In this document: positions 29,695 through 40,031 of the stretch, piece after piece | Layout: each line of letters begins with the position of its first letter | Numbering within the stretch: the stretch's first letter is position 1 | Origin: Desulfatiglandales bacterium | GTDB taxonomy: Bacteria > Desulfobacterota > DSM-4660 > Desulfatiglandales > Desulfatiglandaceae | Reading direction: 5' to 3' | Length of the DNA stretch: 64,000 nucleotides | Assembly: GCA_963662465.1 (NCBI GenBank) | Contig: OY759599.1 | Coordinates: 1,568,001 to 1,632,000, forward strand | Made by a program: the position numbers and the translations under genes | Notes under the pieces: model-generated | Databases searched by the model: none | What the model saw: the letters and a program-made list of their open reading frames with translations, nothing else | What the model was told of the DNA's origin: nothing

Positions 29695-30085
29695 GTCTTC
29701 ACTTTTGGATTAACAATCTGAAAAGGGAGCGAACACAAGATATAGGGGTCTCAAACATTTGTCGAAAGCGGTTTTCAAATACGGACCGGATGCAATATGT
29801 GGCTCATATCACAACGTCGTCTTTGGTTGTGGTACGTTGGAGATATACCCGGTTTCGTTAACAATATAGGAACCACAATATATGGTATGACCGCCCGCTA
29901 TTGGAAAAGCGTTGTGTCGGGTTTGAGAACCGATTAGTGAGCCCAGGACTTACTCTTCCAAAACGGAAGGCCGCCAAAGTTATTGTTCTGTGGGATGAAA
30001 AATCCTTGACGGAACAGTTATATTAGGAAACCTTCACTTTTGGATTAACAGTCTGAAAATGGCGTGACCACAAAATATAGAGGTT
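29695..30085. repeat. Non-coding repeat cluster (module M6 twice, flanking module M4)
   Basis: CTTCACTTTTGGATTAACA.TCTGAAAA near 29697 and 30032; 29862-30020 matches 35660-35820. Confidence 0.8.
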
Positions 30086-30162
30086 TGTTTGTTGTTGACG
30101 TACAAGGGGCATTTCTCTATAGCCTCTCCCAAAAAAAGCAAGGTCTTAACAGACAGATCGGA

Positions 30163-32031
30163 TCAAAACCCATATTTTGTTGAATGACCTTTGGGAATAT
30201 CTCGCTGTTCCTCTGAAGTCCCCCTCTGCTGTCCGGATGAAGAGGCACCACCCCCGCCAATACTTCCAAACGTGTCCCGGTTGACCGTTTTTGATCCGAC
30301 CTGCTTTTGCCAACCGCCGTCGGCCGGTTGCGGCAGGGCATTGTTGCCCGCCCAGATCTTGTAGTTCGCCTTGGCGATCTTAAACATTGTCTGGATGTTT
30401 TGGATCAGACCGGCCTTGTCATCGGCGGAAAGGTCGGGTGCCTCGCGGATCGCCTTGGTCAGTTTGCTTAAGATCATCTTTTGGGCGACAACCTCTCCGA
30501 CCTTTTTCATGATAGTCACGAAGGCCTTGTCGTAATTGCCCGTGGAATAGGCGCAGAGCGACGAGAATGTGGTGAAGCCCCAGCTTATGCCGCTACCGTA
30601 TACGGGCATTAGTTTCAGGGTCTCGCGCAGGACGACCTGTTGGGGCGTGTGCGCCTCGAACATGCAGGCAAAGAGCTGCTGCCACGAGGGATCGGACTCG
30701 AAGGTGGCGGTATAGAAAAAGTTCTGAGTCAGGTCGCCGAAATCCCAGGCCTCTCTGCTGCCAACGCGAGGTCGAAGCGCGGTCATGAACGAGTATTCGC
30801 CGGTGACCGCCAGTGCCACGCCGGGATACCGGTACTTGCCGAATTGGTGCTGCGGCCCGCCGCCGCCCTGTTTGACCTGCACGGGCATGATACCATCGAC
30901 GACCAGCACCGCCTCCTTGTCGTTCAGACGCGCGAAGGCCAAGGGGCCGCGATAGACCTGCAGTTTGACCGGGGCGCCGAACACCTCGTTGGGACCGATC
31001 AGCACCTCAGGCCGCAGATTGACCTTGATGTCGGGCTGCATGCGAGCCCGCCGGGCGCCTTGACGGCAGGTGTCGTAGCCCTCGAACCAGGCTCCGACAT
31101 CCAGGCCGGGTCGAAGGGCCGAGGCTACCGTCAGAACCAGGGCATGCGTCGCCAGCCGCGAGGGCTCGGTGTCGACCAGTATCAGCTTGGCGCCGGTATA
31201 GGCGAGGCCCAGGCCGACACGAAAGGGCAGCGTCTTGGAATCCAGGACTTTGCCCTCGTCGTCCAGGACCTCGAAAGTGATGGTCTTGTCGACCTTGCGG
31301 GTGCGCTGCTTGTCGTCGGCGCCGTTGTCATAGGCCAAGATTTCGAGCCGCGGCGCGTCTAGGGCAATATTGTGCGCCTCATCCTCGTCGCTTTGCATAT
31401 AGCGCAGACGCTTCCAGCCGTCGCCCTCAACTTTGATGTCGAAGCGCGCCGGGAAGCCCGGCCAGTTAGGGATCAGTGCGCCCTGACCTGATGGGTCGGC
31501 TGGGCAGGCGGTCACCTTCAAAGTTGCGTTTTTTGTGACCGAAGAATCCTTTATTAAGTCTTTCTTCTCCTCTCCCTGTAAGGAGCCGCTGACCACCAAC
31601 CCTCTGCTCCCGGCATTATATTCTCCGGTCATGTCCACGCGGAAACCACCCGATCCGGCGCCCTTAGGCACTTGAAGCGTCAGATTGAAGGACCGAGACT
31701 CGCCCTTTTTGAATTTCGCATTAAACTTTCGTTTTTCCTTTCCGGCCCAGAGTTCCACCCTGACCGATGCCCCATAGCCCCAGTCCTGCTTGACGCTGCC
31801 CGACAGGGTCATGGTTCCAGCACCTAGAACACCCTCGTAATGCCTGGCCGTTGTAAAGCCCGGCTTATCCACGGGTTTCCCGCAGACTCCCCCATTGAAA
31901 CTGTAGGTGATCTGCATACCATTAAATGGAGACCCCGGATAGGTACCGCTAACTGTTCCTCCTGAGTCCTTAGCCACACAAACGCCTGTTAAAAGCAGGA
32001 ATATCGCTGTCCCCAACAGAATCAGTTTCAT
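30163..32031 (-). CDS. Secreted hypothetical protein (622 aa)
   Basis: Signal peptide MKLILLGTAIFLLLTGVCVA; GGAGG RBS; no family recognised. Confidence 0.8.
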   Translation of the reverse strand: MKLILLGTAIFLLLTGVCVAKDSGGTVSGTYPGSPFNGMQITYSFNGGVCGKPVDKPGFTTARHYEGVLGAGTMTLSGSVKQDWGYGASVRVELWAGKEKRKFNAKFKKGESRSFNLTLQVPKGAGSGGFRVDMTGEYNAGSRGLVVSGSLQGEEKKDLIKDSSVTKNATLKVTACPADPSGQGALIPNWPGFPARFDIKVEGDGWKRLRYMQSDEDEAHNIALDAPRLEILAYDNGADDKQRTRKVDKTITFEVLDDEGKVLDSKTLPFRVGLGLAYTGAKLILVDTEPSRLATHALVLTVASALRPGLDVGAWFEGYDTCRQGARRARMQPDIKVNLRPEVLIGPNEVFGAPVKLQVYRGPLAFARLNDKEAVLVVDGIMPVQVKQGGGGPQHQFGKYRYPGVALAVTGEYSFMTALRPRVGSREAWDFGDLTQNFFYTATFESDPSWQQLFACMFEAHTPQQVVLRETLKLMPVYGSGISWGFTTFSSLCAYSTGNYDKAFVTIMKKVGEVVAQKMILSKLTKAIREAPDLSADDKAGLIQNIQTMFKIAKANYKIWAGNNALPQPADGGWQKQVGSKTVNRDTFGSIGGGGASSSGQQRGTSEEQRDIPKGHSTKYGF

Positions 32032-32381
32032 AATAGCACCCTCCCAAATTGGCTTTTTTAAAACGGCTTTCGGCTAAATGGTTGAATTAATCTTGTTTTG
32101 CGGCATGCCTCTGTTTTTCAATATTTCCCGCTTCATTATCAGCTTATTAAATAACGTAATAACGTTCAGAAACCCAATCCAGCATGATATCATGTATATT
32201 GCAGTTCCTCTACTCCGTGACGCACAAGGGGAATTTCGCTATGTCCGCCACTCATAAAAAAGGCCTTACCAAAGTGCGGAGGAGATTGGCTGGTCGTGAA
32301 TTGACGGTCCGTATCTGGCCTTCAAATATGTTGGGTTTCCAATAGAAAACACAAAGTATTGGCACCATCAAAAACCTTCAA

Positions 32382-32765
32382 TATGCCTTACTTCTTTGAT
32401 GAGAATATCGCCTCGAATTTGAAAAAATTCCAATCTCACCTTAACGCATTTCCTATGTCAAAACCACAAAATATCGTAAAGCTCAAAAAAACTGTGATAT
32501 CATAAAATTCAGATGGCTTGAACGAACGTTGTTATCATGCCATCTCTCAGGGCCGGCCGCTCTGGGTATTAATTGAGAAACTTCCAACTATCTTAAACCT
32601 CTGAAATTTTGTGATTAACCTTTAATACCTGTACTTTTCGGATACTTGGCGATTGTTGGAGGAATATGTAGGTGTTACGTGATCAAAAAGATGCGGCTCC
32701 CACCCTCAGGCCGCCACCCTCCCGATGAGGATATCACAACCGTTCGGTTCTGATAAATCGGTTTT
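32382..32765. repeat. Non-coding repeat copy B (modules M1-M2-M3)
   Basis: Matches 35362-35640, 33301-33507 and 40032-40190. Confidence 0.85.
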
Positions 32766-32927
32766 AAAGCATGACTTTGAGATGGCCCTTCCACCAACTT
32801 TTTGCCCAACAGACTTATCAGGAAACATGACCAAATATCATGCCGATATCTGAGCTATGGGCTCTTTTCAATAAGAGTTCTCACATTATTGAATTTCTAA
32901 TATGTCAAACGTTGAATGCTAAGACAA

Positions 32928-33218
32928 TTAGCTTGGACCTGAACCCGTTCCGCAACCAGCAGTAACTAATTTGCCGTAGGCGGGGCCGTTTATACAACCA
33001 GTAGAATTCAGGTCGTATGGTAATGTTTGACTAGCACCTGCTCCATCAGTACACCCACGGGGGGTAATTCCGAGCCCAGATGCATCTGCTCCCCACCAAC
33101 ATGTGATACCTCCGACCTCCAGAGCATCATTCCCACCTGTAGCTCCGCTTCCATCTGCACAACACGCACTGCTTGCCATGCTTCCGATATGGCGTAATCG
33201 TGGTTTATCATATTTCAT
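32928..33218 (-). CDS. Cys/Gly-rich RiPP precursor candidate (SynChlorMet ScmA-like)
   Basis: Leader YDKPRL (YxxPxL); five CxxG repeats; AGGAGG RBS. Confidence 0.7.
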   Translation of the reverse strand: MKYDKPRLRHIGSMASSACCADGSGATGGNDALEVGGITCWWGADASGLGITPRGCTDGAGASQTLPYDLNSTGCINGPAYGKLVTAGCGTGSGPS

Positions 33219-33300
33219 TTCGTTTCCTCCTGTTTAGTAAAAAGAACATGCTTAGCATTTTTTTGCATTTCGCGATGTCGGTTCAAATGGCAGAAAAAAA

Positions 33301-33507
33301 GGTATATTGAGAAACTTCCAACTATCTTAAACCCCTAAAATCTTGTGATTAACCTTTAATACCTGTACATTTTGGATACTTGGTGGTTGTTGGAGTAGTC
33401 CCAACCTGATGTGATCAGAAAACTGTCAATTTCATGCACCTTTTAGCCCTCAGTCCGCTCCCATGCCAACGATGATATCACAGGTATTCGACTGCGAAAA
33501 ATCGGCT
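33301..33507. repeat. Non-coding repeat (modules M2-M3)
   Basis: ATTGAGAAACTTCCAACTATCTTAAACC...ACCTGTAC..TT.GGATACTTGG shared with 32572-32660. Confidence 0.85.
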
Positions 33508-33669
33508 GAGATATCCATTCCGACCGAACAGCATCCTGAAATCAACAAAACTGGTGGGGAGGTGGTGACCCCGTGCCAGAAGCCACCTGTGATTGATTTG
33601 ATTGGCGACAGGCCAATCCTGCCGTCAAAAGGACCGTGTAATCCTTAATCGTCCCTCCCCATATTGATT

Positions 33670-35268
33670 TTATGGCTGTATGGTCAGCATTTTCATAGCA
33701 AGCGATCCATCTGTTACTATGGGCGCTTTGATAAAGGTCTTATTTGCACTTTGCACCGAAAACTTGGAATCCCATCCCCCCTCAAGCGTTAAGGTCTTTG
33801 ACAGACCGAGTCGGAATATTTCGTTGTACGTCCCCTCGGCCAACCGTATGGAAGCGGTTGCTGACGCGACATTGATGGCAGCCTGTATAGAGGTGTAGCA
33901 AGGGTCGTTGCCGTCACATGTGTCGTCGGTGTTGTTGACATATACAACTGACGGGGCTGACCCGAGATTAAACGTGATTGTGTGATAGGAGGAATTTCTA
34001 TAATTATTCCCATCTGCATCGATCACATTAACTCTCCATTTATAAGAACTCCCTTTAGGCAGATTTAAGGCTTCATTGGGAGTAAAGGAAGTCGCTGTGC
34101 TTGAAGGAGAGTCGAACCACCGCATTTGTTGAGTGTTATCGACAATACGAATACTGTAAAGATAGGTTCCATCACCAGCATCCCCTTGGACTCTTGACCA
34201 GCTGAATGTAGGTTTGTCTGTATCCAGATAGGCATTGTCTACTGGGATACGGGAGTCTTCCGAAAATTCGGGGATCGGGTTATAGGTGTAGCTTCGGGTG
34301 TCGGAATCAGTCCTCCCTGAACTGTCTTTGATTTCGACTGTATATGTTCCACTTGGAATTGACGCTGGCGGGTCAAACGATGTGACGTTTGCATTATAAG
34401 CCGGGAAAGTGAATTGATAGTAGCGCCCATTAAGGTCGTAGACGACATTATCGGGGCCGGTGAATCGAAAATAGTCGATATCCCAAGGTGCGACGTTGAT
34501 GGCCCGTGAGTAGATAAAGTTTATCAAATTTGAAGTCGATATTGACAGAATGCCTTTCAGATTTATTTCGGGTGCGGCCTTTGTGCCGGTGTAAAAAAGA
34601 GCTTCGCTTTCACGACAGTTCTGGCCGACGATATCCCACACACGCGCCTTATAACGGTAAGCAGTGTCAGCTTGCAGCATTTCTTTAGAAAACGTGAACG
34701 AAGGGATCGTCATAAAGGGGCTGCTGTACCAGATGGCCTTTCCGTCATAGTCTCGGATTTGTGCCTGGTAGCAATAGTTCCCTGTAACCGGGGAAAAGCT
34801 GAAGGTAGGGGTGGGGGTAGTTGATACCGCATAGGTTTTGTCTGCCGGAACTAGAGACGTTGCCGTCGGGATACTGTCATTATAGGTGAACTCCCGAACC
34901 ACCGAGGCGGTTCGACCAATGCTGTCTGTAACCGTCAAGGTATAGCTGCCGTTGTTCAGAACGCCGGGCTCCACATGCGCGTAATAAAGTCCATATTGCT
35001 GAAAAGATTGTCGGGAGGTCAGATTATAAGGACCGGATGGCCCGGTTGCCATAAAAGAGGCCACATCGACCGGTGATGGGCCGCTGATGATTGCAAAAAA
35101 AATGGTTGTGATCGAATCGTCCGCTGCGTGAAAAGAGAAAACCTTTGCGTCTTGGAATTGCGGCGCTGGATAGGCGTACACCTTGGTTATACTCAACGAA
35201 AAGATTGCAAGAGAAAGCAGAACAATGAATCTTCCGTTTTTTTTAACTCTGGTAACCATGAATTTCAT
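33670..35268 (-). CDS. Secreted beta-sandwich repeat protein
   Basis: Signal peptide; two ~190-aa internal repeats (GSYTLTVTDSIGR / GTYTVEIKDSSGR; PTFSFSPV / PTFSWSRV); C-terminal PCYTSIQAAIN domain; AGGAGG RBS before 35268. Confidence 0.75.
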   Translation of the reverse strand: MKFMVTRVKKNGRFIVLLSLAIFSLSITKVYAYPAPQFQDAKVFSFHAADDSITTIFFAIISGPSPVDVASFMATGPSGPYNLTSRQSFQQYGLYYAHVEPGVLNNGSYTLTVTDSIGRTASVVREFTYNDSIPTATSLVPADKTYAVSTTPTPTFSFSPVTGNYCYQAQIRDYDGKAIWYSSPFMTIPSFTFSKEMLQADTAYRYKARVWDIVGQNCRESEALFYTGTKAAPEINLKGILSISTSNLINFIYSRAINVAPWDIDYFRFTGPDNVVYDLNGRYYQFTFPAYNANVTSFDPPASIPSGTYTVEIKDSSGRTDSDTRSYTYNPIPEFSEDSRIPVDNAYLDTDKPTFSWSRVQGDAGDGTYLYSIRIVDNTQQMRWFDSPSSTATSFTPNEALNLPKGSSYKWRVNVIDADGNNYRNSSYHTITFNLGSAPSVVYVNNTDDTCDGNDPCYTSIQAAINVASATASIRLAEGTYNEIFRLGLSKTLTLEGGWDSKFSVQSANKTFIKAPIVTDGSLAMKMLTIQP

Positions 35269-35361
35269 TTTTTCCCTCCTGAAGTAGTACGTTGATGTTA
35301 AAACCATCAGTGACATATCTAATTGATATGCAGATGAATTCATACTATCAAAAAGCGGTGA

Positions 35362-35820
35362 TAAGCCTTGCGTTCTTTGGTAAGAATATTGCCTCCAGTT
35401 TAAAAAATTCCAGCCTCACCTCGATTCATTTCTTATCCCAAAACCCAAATATCGTAAAGAACGGAAAAGCTGTGATATCATCGAATCCGAGGTTTTGAAC
35501 GAACGTTGAGATTGATGCCATCTATCAAGGGTGGTCGCTCTGGGTATATATTGAGAATACATGGAATTCCTTCTTAAGTCAAAAACTTGGTATATCCCTT
35601 AATTACCTGTACATTTTGGATACTTGGCAGTTGTTGGAGGTATTGCCAGTTTCTCCAAAAATATGGGAACCACAATATATGGTATGACCGTCCAATATTG
35701 GAAAAGCGTTGTTGTCGGGTTTGAGAACTGCTTAGTGAAACCAGGACTTACTCTCCCACAACGGAAGGCTGCCAGAGGTATTGTTCTGTGGCCTAAAAAT
35801 TTCTTGACTGAAGTTCAATA
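35362..35820. repeat. Non-coding repeat copy C (modules M1-M2-M4)
   Basis: Matches 32382-32660 and 29862-30020. Confidence 0.85.
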
Positions 35821-35934
35821 TTTTGATGCCAGGCAACCATGTCCGTAATTCCCCCTTTACGGACATTAAAACTGTTTTCCATGACTTTCCCCTGTATCCC
35901 TTCTGTCAAATGATCAAAACGTCAAATAACCCAA

Positions 35935-37245
35935 TTATCTATCGCCCCGGGAACGCACTGCAAACGCCCTGCCGGCGTCGGTATTGCTGCGGTTGTTCCA
36001 AAGCCTGCTGCCGTGGTAGAAGAGGAAGATATTGGCCTTGGAAGAACCCCTCGTATCGCCTGACCAAACCCACCAACCGGTGGTCTTCAACAAATGCGTC
36101 ATATTCCGGTCCCCTTTTCTCTTTTCATAGAGGGTGTTCAACTCATCCGTCGTTGGCATCCGCCAGTCACCGCCTAGACTCTGAACCCACGATCGAGCTT
36201 CATTCCAATTCGTATTTTTGTCCGGTCCCACCTTCCATTCAAGTCCGGTGCGGGTATCCTTGACGTTGCCGTTGGCATAGGCTACATAAATTCCATCACG
36301 GTTGATTACGTTGGGGGTGGACGATGTTGGGCGGGAAGAGGACGGCTTTGAAGGGACACTTGCTACCTCGATCCTCTGGTTTTGGGACTCTGTCTGTCTT
36401 CTTTCAAATTCCGCCTTCGCCTGTTCAAACTCCCGGCGCTCTTGTTCCAATCTGGCTTGCTCTTCCTTGAAGCGGTTATCAGTCCCTTGTTTGGTAAAAT
36501 AGAAATTTCCCCTTAGTGATGTTGATTCCCATGGTATCTGTTTGTTCCCTGAACTGTTCATTACCATTGAACGTACACCTTGGAACATCTCTATTATCGT
36601 AATATTGGGAGTAGTAATGTGCTGTAACAACGCAGATGTGTATGGACTGTTATCACCTCTACCATCCAGCGCCGTCTTCCCAGGAGCGGTTGAGTATGCT
36701 ATCAGCGACCCTGACGGAGCGTTCATAAAGGCCAGACCTGACCCCTGGGAGCCTCGCCTCCAACTCCGTTCAAAAGGGTTGTCACGACAAGCATCCAGAA
36801 TCACGATATTGGTTCTACTTCCTGCGCTCTCCATTTTTCCCAGCACCCTGTCCGCTCTAACACAATCATACTCAGCATCGTTTGCGCTATCCAGTTTCGC
36901 ATCCACAGGGAGAAGATAATTGTGTCCATTGACCTGGACCCCATGACCGGCGTAGAAGAATAGGCCGACATCTTTATCTTTCAGGTTCTGGCCGAATTTG
37001 TCCATGGATCTTTTCATGGTCTTCTGGGAGCAGTCCTCATATTTCATGACGGTGAAACCCAGGCCCTCCAGTGCCTTCTTAATGGCCCTGACATCGTTGA
37101 CTGGGTTTGGAAGACTGCCACCATGGGTGTAGTGGCTGTTCCCGATCAGCAGGGCGAGGCGTTGTTCTTGTTTGGCCGACAGGTCACCGGCAAACAGCAG
37201 TGAAAGGGCCATCGCACAGATGCATGTGATTAGAAATTTTTTCAT
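35935..37245 (-). CDS. Exported caspase-like (peptidase C14) protein with coiled coil and C-terminal DUF1566/Lcl domain
   Basis: ALLIGNS.Y, YAGHG, LDACR; VKDTRTGLEW, WRMPTTDEL, WVWS...RAFAVR. Confidence 0.9.
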   Translation of the reverse strand: MKKFLITCICAMALSLLFAGDLSAKQEQRLALLIGNSHYTHGGSLPNPVNDVRAIKKALEGLGFTVMKYEDCSQKTMKRSMDKFGQNLKDKDVGLFFYAGHGVQVNGHNYLLPVDAKLDSANDAEYDCVRADRVLGKMESAGSRTNIVILDACRDNPFERSWRRGSQGSGLAFMNAPSGSLIAYSTAPGKTALDGRGDNSPYTSALLQHITTPNITIIEMFQGVRSMVMNSSGNKQIPWESTSLRGNFYFTKQGTDNRFKEEQARLEQERREFEQAKAEFERRQTESQNQRIEVASVPSKPSSSRPTSSTPNVINRDGIYVAYANGNVKDTRTGLEWKVGPDKNTNWNEARSWVQSLGGDWRMPTTDELNTLYEKRKGDRNMTHLLKTTGWWVWSGDTRGSSKANIFLFYHGSRLWNNRSNTDAGRAFAVRSRGDR

Positions 37246-37619
37246 GGCATACCCATATAAATCCTCAAAATATCCATTGCTTCGGGAGCAATGTTCTTAT
37301 GACGTCTAGTCAGCTTTCCCGTATTCGATTTTTTACTTCCGTTGATATGGCAAAAAGTTTTTTTCTGTGACGAACCAATGTGCGGAGGGTACGATAAATG
37401 CCGGATTGCGCAGGAGAACATTTGCCCCGCCGGTTGAGGAGCAAGGGCTCACTCTCCTCCCCAAAATCTATCCCTCGGAAAGGTACCAGATGTTGTGGTC
37501 AGCTTTTTCATCGCCAACCTGTTATAGATTGAGAGTATATGTAAAAACGAACACCCTAACAACCTTGTGATATCAATTGCATATTTGTAGGCGTCCTCAG
37601 ATTACAGATTCTTAATCGG

Positions 37620-37890
37620 GAGATTTTACCCCCACAACATATAGCGGTCAACCCATTTTCCGCTTATCCGGTCACAGAAAAAGATTACGTGCATTAACCC
37701 TCTTAGCACATCCGCCAAAACCGTGCAAGACTGGCAGATCAATTGTTGAAGTCAAGTCTGAGATATGTTGGAGATATTGCCGGTCTTATGTTATCCAAAA
37801 AACTGTTAATTCCATGCCTCTTTAGAACCCCAGTCCGGTCCCTACCAGTGATGATATCACAACCATTTGGCTGCCAGAAATAGTTTGAGA
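37620..37890. repeat. Non-coding repeat (modules M5 and M3)
   Basis: CCACAACATAT...TTCCGCTTATCCGGTCACAGAAAA shared with 40260-40375; CCCAGTCCG...GATGATATCACA shared with ~33450 and ~32705. Confidence 0.75.
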
Positions 37891-38273
37891 TAACATTCCG
37901 ACCGGAATAGCGAAATTGAACTTCAAAGAGCACAAAGCATTTTAAGCCAAAATTTGAAGATGGTTTTTATAGCAGATTTCAGCGATTTCCAGATATCACC
38001 TCGGTTTCAAAATACTGCCCGTAAATTCTAACGTTTGGGCTTCTTAAATGACGAAGTCAATATCACTAGCGATTTGAATGCAGAGGGGCTTAGAAAGAGT
38101 CACCCTTCCAGAGCTAGTCATACTCATTCTACTGATATCTCCCTTCGGATTTATAGGCTTGAGAAAGAAAAGATAATCGTGATTTTCCATTTTCAATAAG
38201 ACCTTTATATATCGCTGCCATTTCCCGTTATGCCGAGGAAGGGAGTCATGAAATGAAAGAATCCCCTTTGCTT

Positions 38274-38933
38274 CTACATTGAGTCTTCCTCAGAGTTTTG
38301 GGGCAACAGTTTGGTATACTCCTGATCACTAAACGCACTTTTCCATTCATTCAGGCCCTGCTGAATCAGTCCAAAAACCGCATTATAGCTGATAAAGTCA
38401 TATTTCTTCTGAAGAAAATGAATTGCATCCTTCTTGGGTATTGGTTTTCGATTATTAAGTGGTTGTGAATGTGACGTACCCATGATTAATTCGATATATT
38501 CCCCGAATACACGATCTTTGTTGATTGGCTCTTTGTGTTGCCAGCCGAGCAGCCGTTTTACTTCATTCAGGCCATGCGTTTCATTATCAGCGGCATCAAA
38601 TCTGCGGTGGGCTTCCTTAAAAATGCCAGTTAATCCCTTCAAAGCTATTGCGGTTTCAGTAAGCCTATCACTGCAATTTACCAGCATCTTAAAAACGAGA
38701 AGCAGATCTCCAAGATCTTTTTTTGAAATCTTCAATGCAACGGGGTCTTCAGATGTTTCTGTTACTGCCTCTTTTAGAATCTTATCAACGGAATCTTGCG
38801 TTTCGATTCCACTGACAAGCTTTTCGATCAGATTGGGAATTTCAGATTTTGAAAGAGTTCGGCATTTTTTGCCATTAATAGCCTTTGACATTAGCCTTTC
38901 AAGAAATGAATCCATTTCTACTTTCTCGCTCAA
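38274..38933 (-). CDS. Hypothetical protein
   Basis: 219-aa ORF with TTG start and protein-like composition. Confidence 0.6.
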   Translation of the reverse strand: MSEKVEMDSFLERLMSKAINGKKCRTLSKSEIPNLIEKLVSGIETQDSVDKILKEAVTETSEDPVALKISKKDLGDLLLVFKMLVNCSDRLTETAIALKGLTGIFKEAHRRFDAADNETHGLNEVKRLLGWQHKEPINKDRVFGEYIELIMGTSHSQPLNNRKPIPKKDAIHFLQKKYDFISYNAVFGLIQQGLNEWKSAFSDQEYTKLLPQNSEEDSM

Positions 38934-39307
38934 TGGTTTTTTCTATACTTTTGATGCGTCTTAGAAGCCAGGAAAATGGTGGAACAAAACATGCCTATCC
39001 ATTCAACCAGTTGATGTTTTGGGGTATGATCCTGCGCATGTCAGTTTACCCCCGCCAACTCCGTTGCAGTTTTAGCCCCTTTTCCCTGATGAGACGGTCT
39101 TCACCCGCCATTTGAAGCTATCCGGTAGCCCTTTGGGTGCGGGAATGCCCGTCCTGTGGTCAAGGTCGGTGATCTCTCGTATCCTGCCGAACCAGGTGAA
39201 CCTGTGCTAATCGGATAGGCATGGCATGACCAAAATCAACAACAAGATTTAGGTGCCACATCTTAAGAAACAAGTCTTTTGAGATAGTAAACTGTTGTGT
39301 GGAACAT

Positions 39308-39850
39308 TCAACCATCTGATCCCTTCAGTTTTGAAAGCACAATCAATCCGTCTTTCAAATCGATTTTGAACCTATCACCCTCTTCAAATCCACTTTCAAT
39401 CAAATGATTCATTGATATTTGAATGCCGTTGTCTTTGAGCTTAACTGGGGATGTTTCTCTATAAAGTCCCTCAATTTCAATGTATTTCTTGAGCTTATAA
39501 ACCAAAAATGCGTATCTTTCCCGTAGGTTGCTGAGCTTGATACCTGCTTCTTGACAGATCCTTTCAGCACGTTTGTATTTCTGAATTAGAAATAGCAGTT
39601 GTCTGTCAGATTGGGTGAAATCTTCCCCAAATAGCGGACTAGTTTCTTGATTTCCATCGTTAGGGTTTCGTGAATCCGAATTGTAAGTCCTACCCTGGGC
39701 ATTTGAAGCTCCCTCAAAACCTACACTTTCTCCCAATTTCCCGGTTGCATCGCTTTCAGGAACCACCTTCGCTAAGCCCTCATTCCAGTTCCTCAGTGCT
39801 TCCAAATCACTCTCAACAGCAGCTTGTTCTTTCTGATTGACCTTTTCCAT
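39308..39850 (-). CDS. Hypothetical protein, C-terminus AbrB/SymE-like
   Basis: GGAGG RBS; ISMNHLIESGFEEGDRFKIDLKDGLIVL. Confidence 0.6.
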   Translation of the reverse strand: MEKVNQKEQAAVESDLEALRNWNEGLAKVVPESDATGKLGESVGFEGASNAQGRTYNSDSRNPNDGNQETSPLFGEDFTQSDRQLLFLIQKYKRAERICQEAGIKLSNLRERYAFLVYKLKKYIEIEGLYRETSPVKLKDNGIQISMNHLIESGFEEGDRFKIDLKDGLIVLSKLKGSDG

Positions 39851-40031
39851 GTGAAGCCTCCATTAAGGTAACGTACCCATTATCCTCAATTATTAGATAT
39901 TATAATAGAAATTTCAATAGATAAAACCGGTTTCTTCCAAGCTTTTGCGAGTAATGCAAAAAAACCATCCTAGTTTGGGATATTTCCGAAAGGCATGAAA
40001 GCTCAGATTCCGAACCTCAGCCCGAACACAT

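Noticed and set aside
39950..40030. Possible c-di-GMP riboswitch upstream of island genes
   Set aside because: Could not match the GEMM stems or tetraloop-receptor pattern by eye; would need an Infernal search.
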